The translations under genes and the position numbers were made by a program. From Mizuhopecten yessoensis (lineage: Eukaryota), in assembly GCF_002113885.1 (NCBI RefSeq), contig NW_018408922.1, forward strand, positions 444,462 to 508,461: a DNA stretch of 64,000 nucleotides. Direction: 5' to 3'. Within the stretch, counting starts at the first letter, position 1. Every line of letters starts with the position of its first letter. The notes below the pieces were generated by a model that searched no databases, was not told the DNA's origin, and saw nothing but the letters and a program-made list of their open reading frames with translations. Positions 1 to 11,900 of this stretch are shown here, one piece after another.

Positions 1-40
1 TGGGCAGTGCTAGAATTGTTGAATGCTACATGTAGCTGTG

Positions 41-205
41 AGCGCCGAAATGGCAGCACCGGCTGTATGCTCCCCAGGGAGTTGAAAAGATGTTGGCTGG
101 TTGCAAAGGCCCTATAACCACGGATAATAATTTGTGAACCGCTTTGAGACGACCTACGATTTATGTTGTGATAAAGCGGTATATAAGAACCTCGAATTAT
201 TATTA
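41..205 (+). mobile_element. SINE fragment (conserved central domain plus L2-type 3' tail), 5' part probably outside the window
   Basis: GCGCCGAAATGGCAGC...GGCTGTATGCTCCCCAGGGAGTTGA resembles the central domain of mollusc SINEs (from memory). It is followed by ...GTGAACCGCTTTGAG...AAAGCGGTATATAAGAA...TTATTATTA, a typical L2-derived tail. Confidence 0.5.
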
Positions 206-1200
206 AAGTTATCTGACTAATCGTCAGCAGTCGGTTCTGTATGGCGCCTCGTAAATATGTTACTACAGGCGTATCGCAGGGATCTAATTTTGGTCTTCTA
301 TTATTTTTATTTTACATTGGGCCGTTTTCGTTTAAACGGTCAAACCGATCGGACCACTGTTGTTCGTTTATTAAATAAAGTCGGACTTAGTAATCTGATG
401 CAGCTTTCCGGCGAGCCTTGAGAAAGCCTTTCAAGGCCTGCATACACATTTGCAGGTCCGCCAGGATTTATACCCGAAATTGTTACATTTATAAACGGTC
501 AAACCGGTTGTTCCACATAAACGAACAGGCCCCTGTTGTCGCTCCGATGGAAAACTTTCATCAGACTCGTTGCTGATGATTCGTCTTCTCAATAGTCTGA
601 TGTGGACTGGAATGTAACAACAACAACAACAAAACTCAATCATGATATTGATATTCAACGTATGCAGGATTTGTCTGATCAATGCAGGCTTATGAAGTTT
701 AATCCCGCAAAGACGAAAGTATAGTCCTTTCCTCTTCTGGACAACTTGACATCAAACCAACCTAACCTGTAACAATAACCTCTTTCTTTCGCTGATTCTC
801 AGTGTCGCTTTGAAGTATTTCTCATTAGCAACTGCAAATGGCATTATACAGTTCACCAAATTGTCAAATCAACCTAATCTAAAGTAACGACCTGAAATCA
901 ATTGTAATTTCAGTATGGAATAAAACATGGATTTTATATATACGTTCTTCATTAGACCAGAGACGTATAATATACGTATCTGATTAGACTAACTCTTGAA
1001 CATGCATCCTATGTTTTGGATGGTTATTCTGACAAACTGTTAAATGCCTCGGAAATGGTGCAGCTAGAATCCGGCCAATGGTATGTCTGGTCTTCCCACT
1101 GTAGCCTTTTTCGAGTCTCGTTACCTCGAAACTGTACGGGAACCCTTCCAATCTAGGAGAGAAAAGTATAAACTTCCAATCTGTAGATTAAATCATTGAT
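206..1200 (+). mobile_element. Degenerate CR1/L2-clade LINE reverse-transcriptase remnant
   Basis: Fragmentary translations occur in the expected order: YLTNRQQSV, TGVSQGSNFGLLLF (GVPQGS motif), RLVADDSS (YADD), LMKFNPAKTKV, FIR.TLEHAS, MVQLE. There are many frameshifts, and insertions interrupt it at 319-532 and 958-982. Confidence 0.75.
319..532. mobile_element. MITE with GGGCC termini nested in the LINE remnant
   Basis: The left end GGGCCGTTTTCGTTTA and the right end TAAACGAACAGGCCC are imperfect inverted repeats. The element separates the QGS and ADD motifs of the RT. A related end (ATAACGAACAGGCCC) occurs at ~47926-47940. Confidence 0.55.
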
Positions 1201-1574
1201 AGCGTATGCCGGGAATAGACTAATTCTGTAAAATGATAATTCCATCTACACACACATTTAACATGAAGGTGATACCTGATTCTTAACTCTCAAGATTCAA
1301 GGTAGCCACCCGTCGACAAACTTGGTAGTACTGATCAGTCCCAAAATTTGAGCTGCATTACTAGGGACATTGCAATGTGGAGCCTTCGTGTGAAATTTTA
1401 GAACAAATCCCTGTAGCCTGTAGGAAACTCAAAGTACATTCTGGAAAATACAGTAGCGCCAAAAAGAATTGTTTCAGGACGGACGGACGACGGATCAAGG
1501 ACGACTTGAATAGCCAATTATTTAATAACGATGATGCATGGGTTAAACAAATGCCACACCACCCAAAGTTGGAT

Positions 1575-1677
1575 GATAGATTCCGGAAATATAAACCGGA
1601 GTATGGGTCGAAATTTCCAAAGCAGTATTTACTTCCGGGTAGCTTCAACGTGAAGATTAAGGAGACTGACGTTATAG
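1575..1677 (+). promoter_or_regulatory. Putative CCDC97 promoter and non-coding first exon
   Basis: Clustered ETS-like cores (TTCCGGAA ~1581, CCGGAG ~1596, ACTTCCGG 1631) are followed by a donor AG|GTACGT at 1678. An acceptor (tttctatacag) ends at 2569, upstream of the ATG at 2622. Confidence 0.4.
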
Positions 1678-2621
1678 GTACGTATGATTCTTGTTTATTA
1701 ATGAATGTAAACTATGAAAATTGGAAAGCACATAACAGTTTGGATGTTTACCGAATCATTTGTACGTGTTATTGCTGCAAAATGTCTTGACAGTCCAATT
1801 TAAACAGACACCGTTAAAACTACACATGCGTTTGCCATCACAATTGCATTGACGTACAATAAATGTATCTCCACCCCAATATCGATCTCCACCAGGGAGC
1901 TAGGAACGTTAACTAATTATAACATACTAAATGGACGTTAGTTTTGAAGCATGTGTTTAAGTGAACTAAGCATAGCGTTGTCATACTGATCAGCTTTTAC
2001 TAGGACCTTAATCTAGACTGTATAAGTTGATATATTATTGATTATTAAAATTCACTGTTGACTAACTGCATTTCGATCATTTGAAAATGAAATAAACTGA
2101 GTTACATACAGATGATGGTTAACCTTCACTGGGGTAGTTCAAAATAACTGACTATCTCCTCTTCAAAAAGCAAAACAAAAAAGGTTTGGTGCACAGTTCC
2201 CTCAATGTTTCCTTATATAACCAGAGCAAATCTACATACTGGTACTTACATGTACACAAGGGAATAATATATAATTTATCTCTGCCTAAGAGCTGATTAA
2301 AAATGGCTTTATGTCGACAAAAACCATTTCAAACCTTTACATTATATTTATTTAAACCAATCAAAATTTACCAAAAAGAAGTAAATTAAATAACTGATTC
2401 AAATATGATTACCAATAAATTACAACTGCATGAAAAAAGATAATGAATTCCCCGAAACAGGTTCCTAATACTATTAAGTTTTCTTAACATTGCGGATATC
2501 ATACATTTGTATTTCCTGGCATTACACACATGTATATGAATTCACTATATTTTCTCCATTTCTATACAGGTCACCTTGGTCTTTCATCTTGATAATAAGA
2601 AACAGAAATTTCATTCAAAAA

Positions 2622-5600
2622 ATGGAAGAGGTTTGTATGGAGGACCCTGATTCCATTTCAGAAGTAGAAATTACAGACCTGAAAGGGTATACTAATCAGA
2701 GTAAAGAAAACATGTTGACAAGACTGTCTCAGACCGATGCTCATTTTAAACACCAACAGCGAGGCGAAGCTGACCTGACATGCGATGAAAAGAGAGAAAT
2801 TGCAAGAAATATTTTGGAAAAAAGTTCTTCAATATTCTTAGCACGGTTTGGTGCCTACCTTTCATCTGATGACCTTGAACATTTCGTAGACAAATCTGGT
2901 GATTATGAAATACAGTTCTATCTGCAACAACTAAAGAAAGAGAAAAGTAAAGATTACTCTGCAAACAGGGTTAAGAATCGTCGCTATCAAGCCATGAAGC
3001 AGCTGATTCAGGAGGGAGAATATTTCAGTGACGATTCCATTAAACATCGGGATCCCTACCTGTATGAACAGCTGATTGGTCAATACTTAACACAGGAGGA
3101 AATCCAAGGTCTGGTGGACAAGGCAGACCTCAGATTCTCAACCATCCTGCTCAAACACATGGACCAACTGGAGGAAAATCAGGTGTTTAAGTTTCAAAAA
3201 GACAAAGAGGTGAAGCTTGTGAAATTAAATTGTGTGTTTCAAATTCCAACTTCACCTTCTAAAAAAAGGGTTATTATTATGTCTACTTTTATGGCAATTA
3301 TACCATCACAGCTCTCGTCTCTAAAAAAAATAGTTTGTGTAATTAAGTAAACATTTTAGATGTTAACTATACTTGGGCAAGATAAGCCGCAAAAACAATG
3401 TAAGACACTAAAAGTCAGGAGAGTCGGGGAAAGCAGAAAGACTTGTTTTGGTCCTAGACAAGGAAAATTTATTTGATAAAGAACATTATGACAAGATTTA
3501 TATAGAACATTTTATATCGAACAGTTCTCATGTCTAAAATTTTCTTGCAAATTAAACATGACTGGGCCGACAAAAAAAAATGGTTGTTAAAAGATACCCA
3601 AAGGTTTTGAAAAGACTTTGCCCTAATGGGAGTGAATGCCAGTTGTCCATATTTTTCAATGAATATATATATATAATCATAGAGTACATAGTTTATAGGG
3701 GTCCTGCTCCAAGGATTACATATATTGAAATTGAAAACATCCAATAATTTTTAAATTTTGACAGATATCAAATCAGCTACAAATAATATGTTCATAAATC
3801 AAGATTTTTTTCAGAAAATAATTTGTTTTCCTTAACAGGACTGTCAGTTTGAAGAAGAAGATGAGGATAGTGAAGAAGAAGAAGGTATAACAGAACTATA
3901 GAAAAGTGAAGTCAAGTGATTGGTTTATTTGTATTTCATATTTCGGAAGATGTTTTCAAGTAAAAAAAACCCAGAAAAACCAAAAATCATAATTAGTAAG
4001 TGGGTAGATTTATTTATAATCTGACATTTTGCAATGTAAATGTCAACATAAGTGAATAAAAACTTGTCCAACATTTAAAAGATGAACTCTAGGGAAGCTC
4101 TCTGCTTACATTTAAAATTTGTTTCACATTCATTTTGAGTTGTTTTTGTAACGATCAAGATCAAAATGTTTACGTACAAAAATGTTACATTTCTGTTTTC
4201 TGTAGAGGTCTTTCATGCCTTTCTTCTGGTGTATGCTCAGCTCCAATTGTCGTCTTTTCATTTTTCTTATTCTGATTTTGTCCTCATGTGATAAAATAAT
4301 GCTTTTGTATTTTTTTTGTTTTCAGGTATGATTAAGATAGGTTTCTTGACATGATTTACTGGTTTTTAACTTTGAGTAAAAGCTGTAAGATTCCTGAATA
4401 TTACTTTAAGAATCTCAAATATCTCAACACATGACATATATCATTGATAGAAATGGAGAAAGATGAAGAAGAAATTTCAGATGAGAGGAAATCAGAAATG
4501 AGAGAGGAGCTTTACAGAATTATGCAGGAGAGATTTCTCTCTGGAAAAGAACAACAATTTGACTACAGGTACTAACATATTAAAAATTTTGATCACCAAC
4601 CCAAGTCATCATTAAGATTAAAAGCAATGTTTCATCTGAACAGAATCATTGCAGGCTCAAATGAAAACAAGCCTTCAAGAAGAAAATCTCATCTCTTATT
4701 AACAGCAAATTCTTCACTAATTCTTATGGAAGGGTTATGTCCCTTTGCCAGACAGTACTGATAGCTTGCTTTTGATCACTATAAATTATTATGACTTACC
4801 AGTACAAGCAAATTTATATAATCAGATGTTTTAAAAACACATTTTCCTGTAAATTTTCTGTTATGTTTTTAGCACTGGCTTGTATTCCGTCTTTGCGTAT
4901 TGCAGAGTTATCTCACTTATCTGCTCTTGTGAGCAGGTATTGATTGTTACGTCATTTGTTTGTGAGAGTAACGTCATCTAAGAAAACGACGTAGTTTTCT
5001 CACACAAACCAATGATGTAACAATCAATACCTGCTCACAAGAGCAGATAACTCTGCTATACGCAAAGATGGAATAGACCTGATCTGTCAGTAATGAATTT
5101 GTACATGTAATATATTAAAAGCTGCAAATAACTTACGGACGTTATCTTATGCTCTGGTATGTATCTCTATTCCAAAAGATTGTATGTTGAAATATCAGAG
5201 GTTGGATTAGACAGGTTTGAGAGTAAATCATAATACAAAGGGGCTGTATTAACTCATTCACCCCTGAAATTTCATAATGAACTATATTCCAACCTTTCAT
5301 TTGGAAGAGTTCAAATGTGTCTTCAGGGGTGAATGAGTTAAACACGATTATTAGCCAACACCTACTGTAATAACACGTGTAGGGGTTTCTTTCTTTGTAG
5401 TCAAGTGGATGACAATACAGCTTACGATGACCTCGATCTTTTGGACAAGGATGAAGAAGAGAAATATTTTGATTCGGAAGAACCAGTGGAAATGTCTGTT
5501 CCTAAACTCACAGATCTTGCCAACTCAATGTTAATAAACAATGACACCGCCCAAATAAACGGCAGTGAAAAACCAGATGTTGGTGGACAAGACACCAGCA

Positions 5601-5680
5601 TTACAAATACATGTGGTTCAGGAACAGAACCAATGAAAACAGACATTCAGGATAATTCCTCAGAGGGAAATGTAACTTAA
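2622..5680 (+). CDS. CCDC97: Coiled-coil domain-containing protein 97 (DUF2052 family), ~343 aa
   Basis: Coding exons are 2622-3209, 3839-3884, 4451-4568 and 5401-5680. All introns are GT-AG and the phases join into one ORF. Family motifs: FLARFG, VKNRRYQAM, GEYFSDDSIKHRDPYLYEQLIGQY, an acidic E/D tract, ERFLSGKEQQFDYSQVDDN...DEEEKYFD. Confidence 0.92.
4883..5075. mobile_element. Foldback MITE (family 1) with long TIRs, in CCDC97 intron
   Basis: TATTCCGTCTTTGCGTATTGCAGAGTTATCT...AGATAACTCTGCTATACGCAAAGATGGAATA, with inverted arms of ~70-80 bp. Further copies lie at 32122-32312 and 28747-28811. Confidence 0.8.
5249..5341. mobile_element. 85-bp non-autonomous DNA transposon with TTAA target duplication (piggyBac-type)
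   Basis: TTAA-CTCATTCACCCCTGAA...TTCAGGGGTGAATGAG-TTAA: a perfect 16-bp TIR flanked by TTAA on both sides. Confidence 0.7.
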
Positions 5681-6926
5681 ATGTGAATAAGGGTTCATAA
5701 TACATGTTTATTTTTTATATATACTGAATTTGTGTACTCTTTTATTTACTTTATATCAAATAATGAGATTTGGTATCAGAAACTAAATCAGCCATTGAGG
5801 CTGTTTTTAATTTTAACTGAAAAAGGAAATTATTTTAAATTTGTTCTAAACATTTAATCAGCCAATCAAAATATTAGATCAACGAAAATGGAAGCTTTGC
5901 AGTTAATCAACCTATCAAATTTTGTTGTGTTTACTAAACAAGTCAATCAGATTGTGCTTTAATTACCTAAATCAGTTAAAAGTAATTTTAATTATTGAAA
6001 CAGCTGATGAGGTTGTTTGTGCATTACCATTGTTTCATGAATTAAATCAGTTAATTATTTTTCGACTGCTGTGTTAAAATAAATCAGCTAATCAAATTGT
6101 GTGTTAATTACTAATTCATTTGATCAGATTGCATTCAACTCAAATGGTTAATACAGTTTTGTTTCATGACAATATTAGCCAATCAGATTACGTTTCCTGA
6201 ACATATCAGCCAATCAGATTGCGTTTGAGTAAATAAACCTACTATTTAGATTTTTACATGACTTAAACATATTTCATTCACAAAAAACCCGAGATTGTTA
6301 TGATATCCCTCTCCCAAAGAGGAGATATCTTTCCAATACCAGTACATATATTTAAACCTTTCACAATCGTGTGTCTAAAACACCATAACATATCTTTGCA
6401 CACATTTACAATGTAGGATTTGATGTTAAAAAAAGACAATGAAGAGAACAAGTGTTAGATAATTATTTCTAATACTTGTATTTAAGAAAGTTCAGTATCA
6501 AGACTAAATGTCGGCGTTGAACATGCATTTCTTTGTAAAACAATACATATTGAAGCATCCCATTTCAAAATGGGTTAGGTGAAAAAGTTCATTGAGATAA
6601 AATTTACAGTAAACAAAAACTGATAGGATGTTTAAGCATTGGTATTTATTTTGTAAGTAATATAATTAAAATGAGTTTGGGATATCCGGATTTTCCAATG
6701 GGCAATGTACCGAACTGACACGTTTCGCGTTGTCAATACATCTATTTGTGTTCATTGGTTCAAGAGTCTTTGGACATCTACAAACCTTGACCGTAAACAC
6801 TCTGCTCTAATGTTCATAGACCAACTTCACAACTAGTATATGATGCGAACAAAGAGCAAAATGAAGCCAGAAAGAACCATTACTTACAAGACACAAACCA
6901 ACAGAAGACAAACCTAAGGCAAACTT

Positions 6927-7176
6927 GGGCTCCTACGCATGAAACCGTTCTTATGATCGAGCATGGATTCTGTGCTCCAACCAGCTTTCTTGTAATCGGG
7001 TCAAAACGACCAAACAGTCAAATATTAACATTAAAAACAGTTTTCAGCTTTAAGTCTCCTCAATAATTTTCCAAATCATTGACATTTTTTATTTTACTTC
7101 ATAATGGGAAAACGAAATTCGGCTTGAGCACAAAGTCCATGCTTGAGCATGAGAAAAGTTTCATGAATACGGGCCC
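6927..7176. mobile_element. MITE (family 2, GGGCCC termini, PIF/Harbinger-like)
   Basis: TIR of ~50 bp: GGGC.C.TA..CATGAAACC.TTCT.ATG.TC.AGCATGGA / TCCATGCTTGAGCATGAGAAAAGTTTCATGAATACGGGCCC. A second copy in the opposite orientation lies at 34641-34895. Confidence 0.7.
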
Positions 7177-7593
7177 AGATGATTGGAATTCAAATCTGAG
7201 TAAAGACTTTGTCGTTAGGTTAAAACAATGGTAGTTAACGACTTACTGTGTTTGTGACTTTACATATTTAAAGATTGAATAATTTCCTGTTGAATTTTCT
7301 TACACTTTGAGGCGACAAGAAAGATGCTCCGATGGTCTTTGGCAAAAAATAATCTACTTGGTTGTAAAAAGAACACCAAGACTTTTTAATATAATAAGGT
7401 ATTTGTGAATGTATTTGATACATTTCAAAGTGAACTGAGATATATTCACTGTTTCTCTCCTTCGTGATACGTTGAATCTTGCTAGAGAAACTGATCGTAG
7501 TCAAAGACTTCCAATTACCCATTCTTGTCATCAAAAACAAAGGATTTAATCGTTATTTGTAGCCTTATTTCTAGTGATTATTTAACGTAACAA

Positions 7594-8147
7594 GGTGGTT
7601 GCCTCTTCTGGTGGATTACATGTATCAGTCATCTAGGTTGGCCATACTTTGGTGTTGGATTATCAGTCCCCGAGGTTGACCGTACTTTGCTGGTGGACTA
7701 TCCGTACCCGAGGCTGGCCGTACTTTGCCGGTGGACTATCAGTCCCCGAGGTTGGCCGTACTTTGCTGGAGGACTATCAGTCCCCAAGGTTGGCCGTACT
7801 TTACTGGTGGACTATCAGTCACCAAGGTTAGCCGTACTTTGCTGGTGGACTATCAGTCCGCAATGTTGGCCGTGCTTTGCTGGTGGACTATCAGTCCTCG
7901 AGGTTGGCCGTACTTTGCTGGTGGTGGACTATCAGTCCGCAATGTTGGCCGTACTTTGCTGGTGGACTATCAGTCCTCGAGGTTGGCCGTACTTTGCTGG
8001 TGGACTATCAGTCCTCGAGATTGGTCGTACTTTGCTGGTGGACTATCAGTCCAAGAGGTTGGCCGTATTTTGCTGGTGGACTATTAGTCCCCGAGGATGG
8101 CTGTACTTTGCTGGTGGACTATCAGTCCACGACGATGGCCGTAGCCT
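7594..8147. repeat. 38-bp minisatellite, ~14 copies
   Basis: The unit GGTTGGCCGTACTTTGCTGGTGGACTATCAGTCC(C/T)CGA repeats head to tail with degenerate end copies. It explains the repetitive ORFs at 7649-8199. Confidence 0.95.
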
Positions 8148-8925
8148 GGTAGCTTGTTTTTATTCAGGAACGAATTATATGGAAAACATTAAAGTTTGAG
8201 TATAGATTACCGTTGTAGTCTAAAGTGGTAATTATAACGTTATAAAGGGTTTTGTAGGCACATTATCCTTTTTGCTGTGTTCTGCATATGATTGATAACA
8301 TTTTAGACTTCGATTTTGCATTCCTTTGCCCTGAGTTACATGCACCAATAACAGTACTAAACGGTCTAAATGACCATGGAACAGTAGAATATCAAGTTTG
8401 TTTGATTTCATCTGTGCATCTTAAACAATATTGTAAATGGATGTTATTTTTCTTCGTAATTTTCGTAAATATTTTTCGGGTGTGTTACCCCCAAATGCTT
8501 TATCCAAACCTGGAGTGCTGGGAATTTAAGAGTGCCTTCTAAGGATATCGAAGGGACCCAAGTTTATCTGTTGTCCTAGTTTGCTCTGATAAAGTAAACG
8601 TGACCGACTGAGATGTTATATTACAATGCCCTATTTGGATCACTTTAGTGAGATGAGTTTTGGGTTGAGAGTGACGTCATTATAGAAGAACAAAGTCTAG
8701 CAACCACTATACGAAATTGATTAAACTATATGGGCCAATACGAGCTTTAAGCTCATTTCCCGGCCATCCGGATCAAGGTAAATCATATATCTGAATTACT
8801 CCTGCATCAGGCTTCTGTAGACCACAGAAACTTGCTTTGTCTGTCAAACGAAGTTCACGGACAGCGTTATGACCTGTGCATAGATAGGACTTCATCTTCT
8901 ATTGATAACAAAAACCTACAACAAG

Positions 8926-11900
8926 ATGGCGGCTACTTCACAACAACCGACGATAGTCCCTGGATTCACCGGGAAAGCTTACCCGGATGTGTTTAACGTG
9001 AATGCCATGCGTATTCAACCACAGGAATTGAAGCAAGGACAGCTTCCAGAAAGCATGATTCGGCAGTTCTTTGAAGACGTAAGAACAGATATTGAATGAA
9101 AACACACAACTTATGATAACAGATAAACAACAATAACATCCACATGTGGCAGGGTTCAGTTGTACATAGGATTAAGGTCGCCTTCTAGCTTCGAGCTAGA
9201 GGGAATTTCCCTTTAGCTCAGTCCGAGTAGGAACCTGGAGATCGAGGGTTTGATCCCAGATGGAAGCACACTATTCTCTTTTCTGTTACACATATATTAA
9301 AACTGTATGAATACACACAGCAGAGGCTGCTAATTAACGATTCCAATGCACGTTGGCTTAGGGGGTCAAACATTTTAAGAGGTCAGAGCAACTTATCAAA
9401 AGAAGAAAAAAACTGACGCATTTGACGGCGTAACGCCAACTGGTGCAAAGGGTTGTACTAATTCTTGAACCTTTTCAATTGTTGATGACTATACTAACTA
9501 CATGTATATATCAGAGACCTTGATTTCCGTATCAAAAATGTCCAAATGACGACACCTCATATTCTAAATAATCGAATGGTATGGAATAAGCAAACTAGGA
9601 ATCATGATTTAGCTATCTTTGAGCATAATTCAAGGCAATGGAATTGTTGACCCAAATATATCAGACGTTAATTTAGTACAACGAATGCAGATTATTTTAT
9701 ATTAGTTTTGTTGAAATATTCGTAAAATAAGATCAAAGTAATGTATTTATCAATCCACAGGGGTACGTCATAGTGAAAGACTTCTTTACTCGTGCAGAAC
9801 TGGACACGTGCAGGAACGCCGTCAACCAACAGGTAGAAAATCTGGCACAGAAACTCTACGGAGCCGGAAAAATCAAAAGTAAGATTAACATTCAATCAAG
9901 ACGTTTAGATATATAATGTGTGTCCACTTTTTAATGCCACAAATGTGTATGATTTTTCATATGAGTAAGATAAAAGAGAACGAGCTCCAGATTAGTGGTA
10001 TTAAATGATTAACATCTATGTACAATTATACATTTTGACGTCAGTATTAAAACAAAAAAACATAAAGCCAAACGCCGCCATTTTCGCATTTCACAGAATC
10101 TTAATATCGTCATGATATAATAACATTGCCCTAAAAATAGATAATTGCACATGTGTTACATGTAAAAGGAATTATTTGATGCCTTTTTTACACTTAATGC
10201 CAAAAAAGGTTATTAGAATCAAATATAGGCGTCAGGACAACAGAAATATTCATCATGTTCATGTAAAAATCCGTACACCGCTTCTTCTCCAAACAGATTT
10301 GTATAGCGAATATGGATTCTTTGACCGTTTGACAAAGTTAGAGGAGGAATTCCCGGGGACGAATATCATCCTCCACAAGGGCGACGGGCTACCAGAGGTT
10401 CGTTGATAGGTATCGCTCTGTTGATCCTCTGTCTCAGTTCATGTGTACACGTATAAGTGCTACTTTTCTGTGAAATTAATTTCCTTAACTAAAGAGTTCT
10501 ACACTGTAAACCTGTACTTTTTCTTTTGTAAATGGTAAGTGGCATTATGTTTGTTAGTTAGTTATAGACATATTTGCGAAAGTATGAAAACAAATCCGCG
10601 TGTTATATATAAACTTTATTTGTGTTTCAACATTATGAAACACGTTATTTCAACTTATATTAGTCACTCTTGTTGGCCCGAATGTTAGCGCGCGGGGGGT
10701 CTTAGTGTGGGAGGAAACCGGAGTACCCGGAGAAAACCCATGTAATAATAATAATATAATAATAATATACAACATTTATATAGCGCCCTATATAATTTGT
10801 AAAATTACTATAAAGCGCTTTACAACATATGGTTAATAGGAATGGTTGATATTGTAAAAAAAAGGCTTACAATCACTTGTATACATTTAAGCAAGCAATG
10901 TGCACATAATTGAACAAATACAAGGGTGGTATTTACGTCTTTGCAAGGATTCTAAAATGCAGACGTGAAGAGGTGAGTTTTGATGTCCCTCTTGAATTTG
11001 GCCAGGGTTGATGTCGGACAGGTGCCCCCATACCTTTTCACGTCCTCGTGCCATGTATTTTCTTTTCGTAATTTTGCTATGGTTCACATACTAATGTGAT
11101 GAAAACGGACCAGGAAGATTTTCTATGGAAAATGGAAAACAATTCTCGAACGTCTGCATTCCTTCGTGAAAAAAACCTCATACACAACTTTTTACCTCTG
11201 TAAACGGACTTTTCATAGGATTTTTTTTAAAAAAGAAACAAATATTGAATTTGGTGAATTTGATATTCGTTAGAGAAATAAAATACGCAAACAATGCATA
11301 AACTATGAAATTCGTATTGTGACATACATGTATCCAGCTTTTATGATCTTACAGAATAGCAAATGCATTTGTTTGTCTCGTATGTCGTTTTACATTGATG
11401 AGACATCTTTATCGACATCTAAGGCTTTCAGAAACCTGTGGACAAATGAACGTCTGTTAAATGTGGTGGAGCAGCTTATTGGTCCGGACATAGCGGGACA
11501 TCCGGTCTGGAACTTGCGCACGAAAACTCCTCAGAACGAGGCTACCACTGTACCCTGGCATCAAGGTATGTCTTTGATTGTTGATATTCCTGATGTTTTC
11601 GCTGGATACGATGGGGGAAACATGACAGGAATCTCGTTAGAATCGGAAAACGCTTACCCTTTCTGAACACCTGGTTTGTATGTGGATTCTGATGTCTTTC
11701 CAAACGCTTTGGTATATCCTTACCCTCTGTTATCCTTTGTATTAAAGTCATATTTTGACCTTGTGGATTAAAAGGATATGGTATATTTATCTATCCGATT
11801 TTAATCGTCATTTTCTAATGCATTAAGCTTAAGACGCACGGATGCATATTTTGTCATAATGTCCTTTCGTTAGAAACGTTATTGAACAAATCACTTAGCT

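Noticed and set aside
1377-1790. 137-aa ORF upstream of CCDC97
   Set aside because: It has no recognisable domain and overlaps the probable promoter and non-coding exon, so it is likely a chance ORF.
2490-3350. 286-aa single-exon reading of CCDC97
   Set aside because: The ORF runs through intronic sequence at both ends. The coding exon is 2622-3209.
7594-8199. CRISPR-like array or repeat protein (38-bp palindromic units)
   Set aside because: The units are contiguous with no unique spacers, no cas genes are present and the context is eukaryotic. The ORFs are repeat artefacts.
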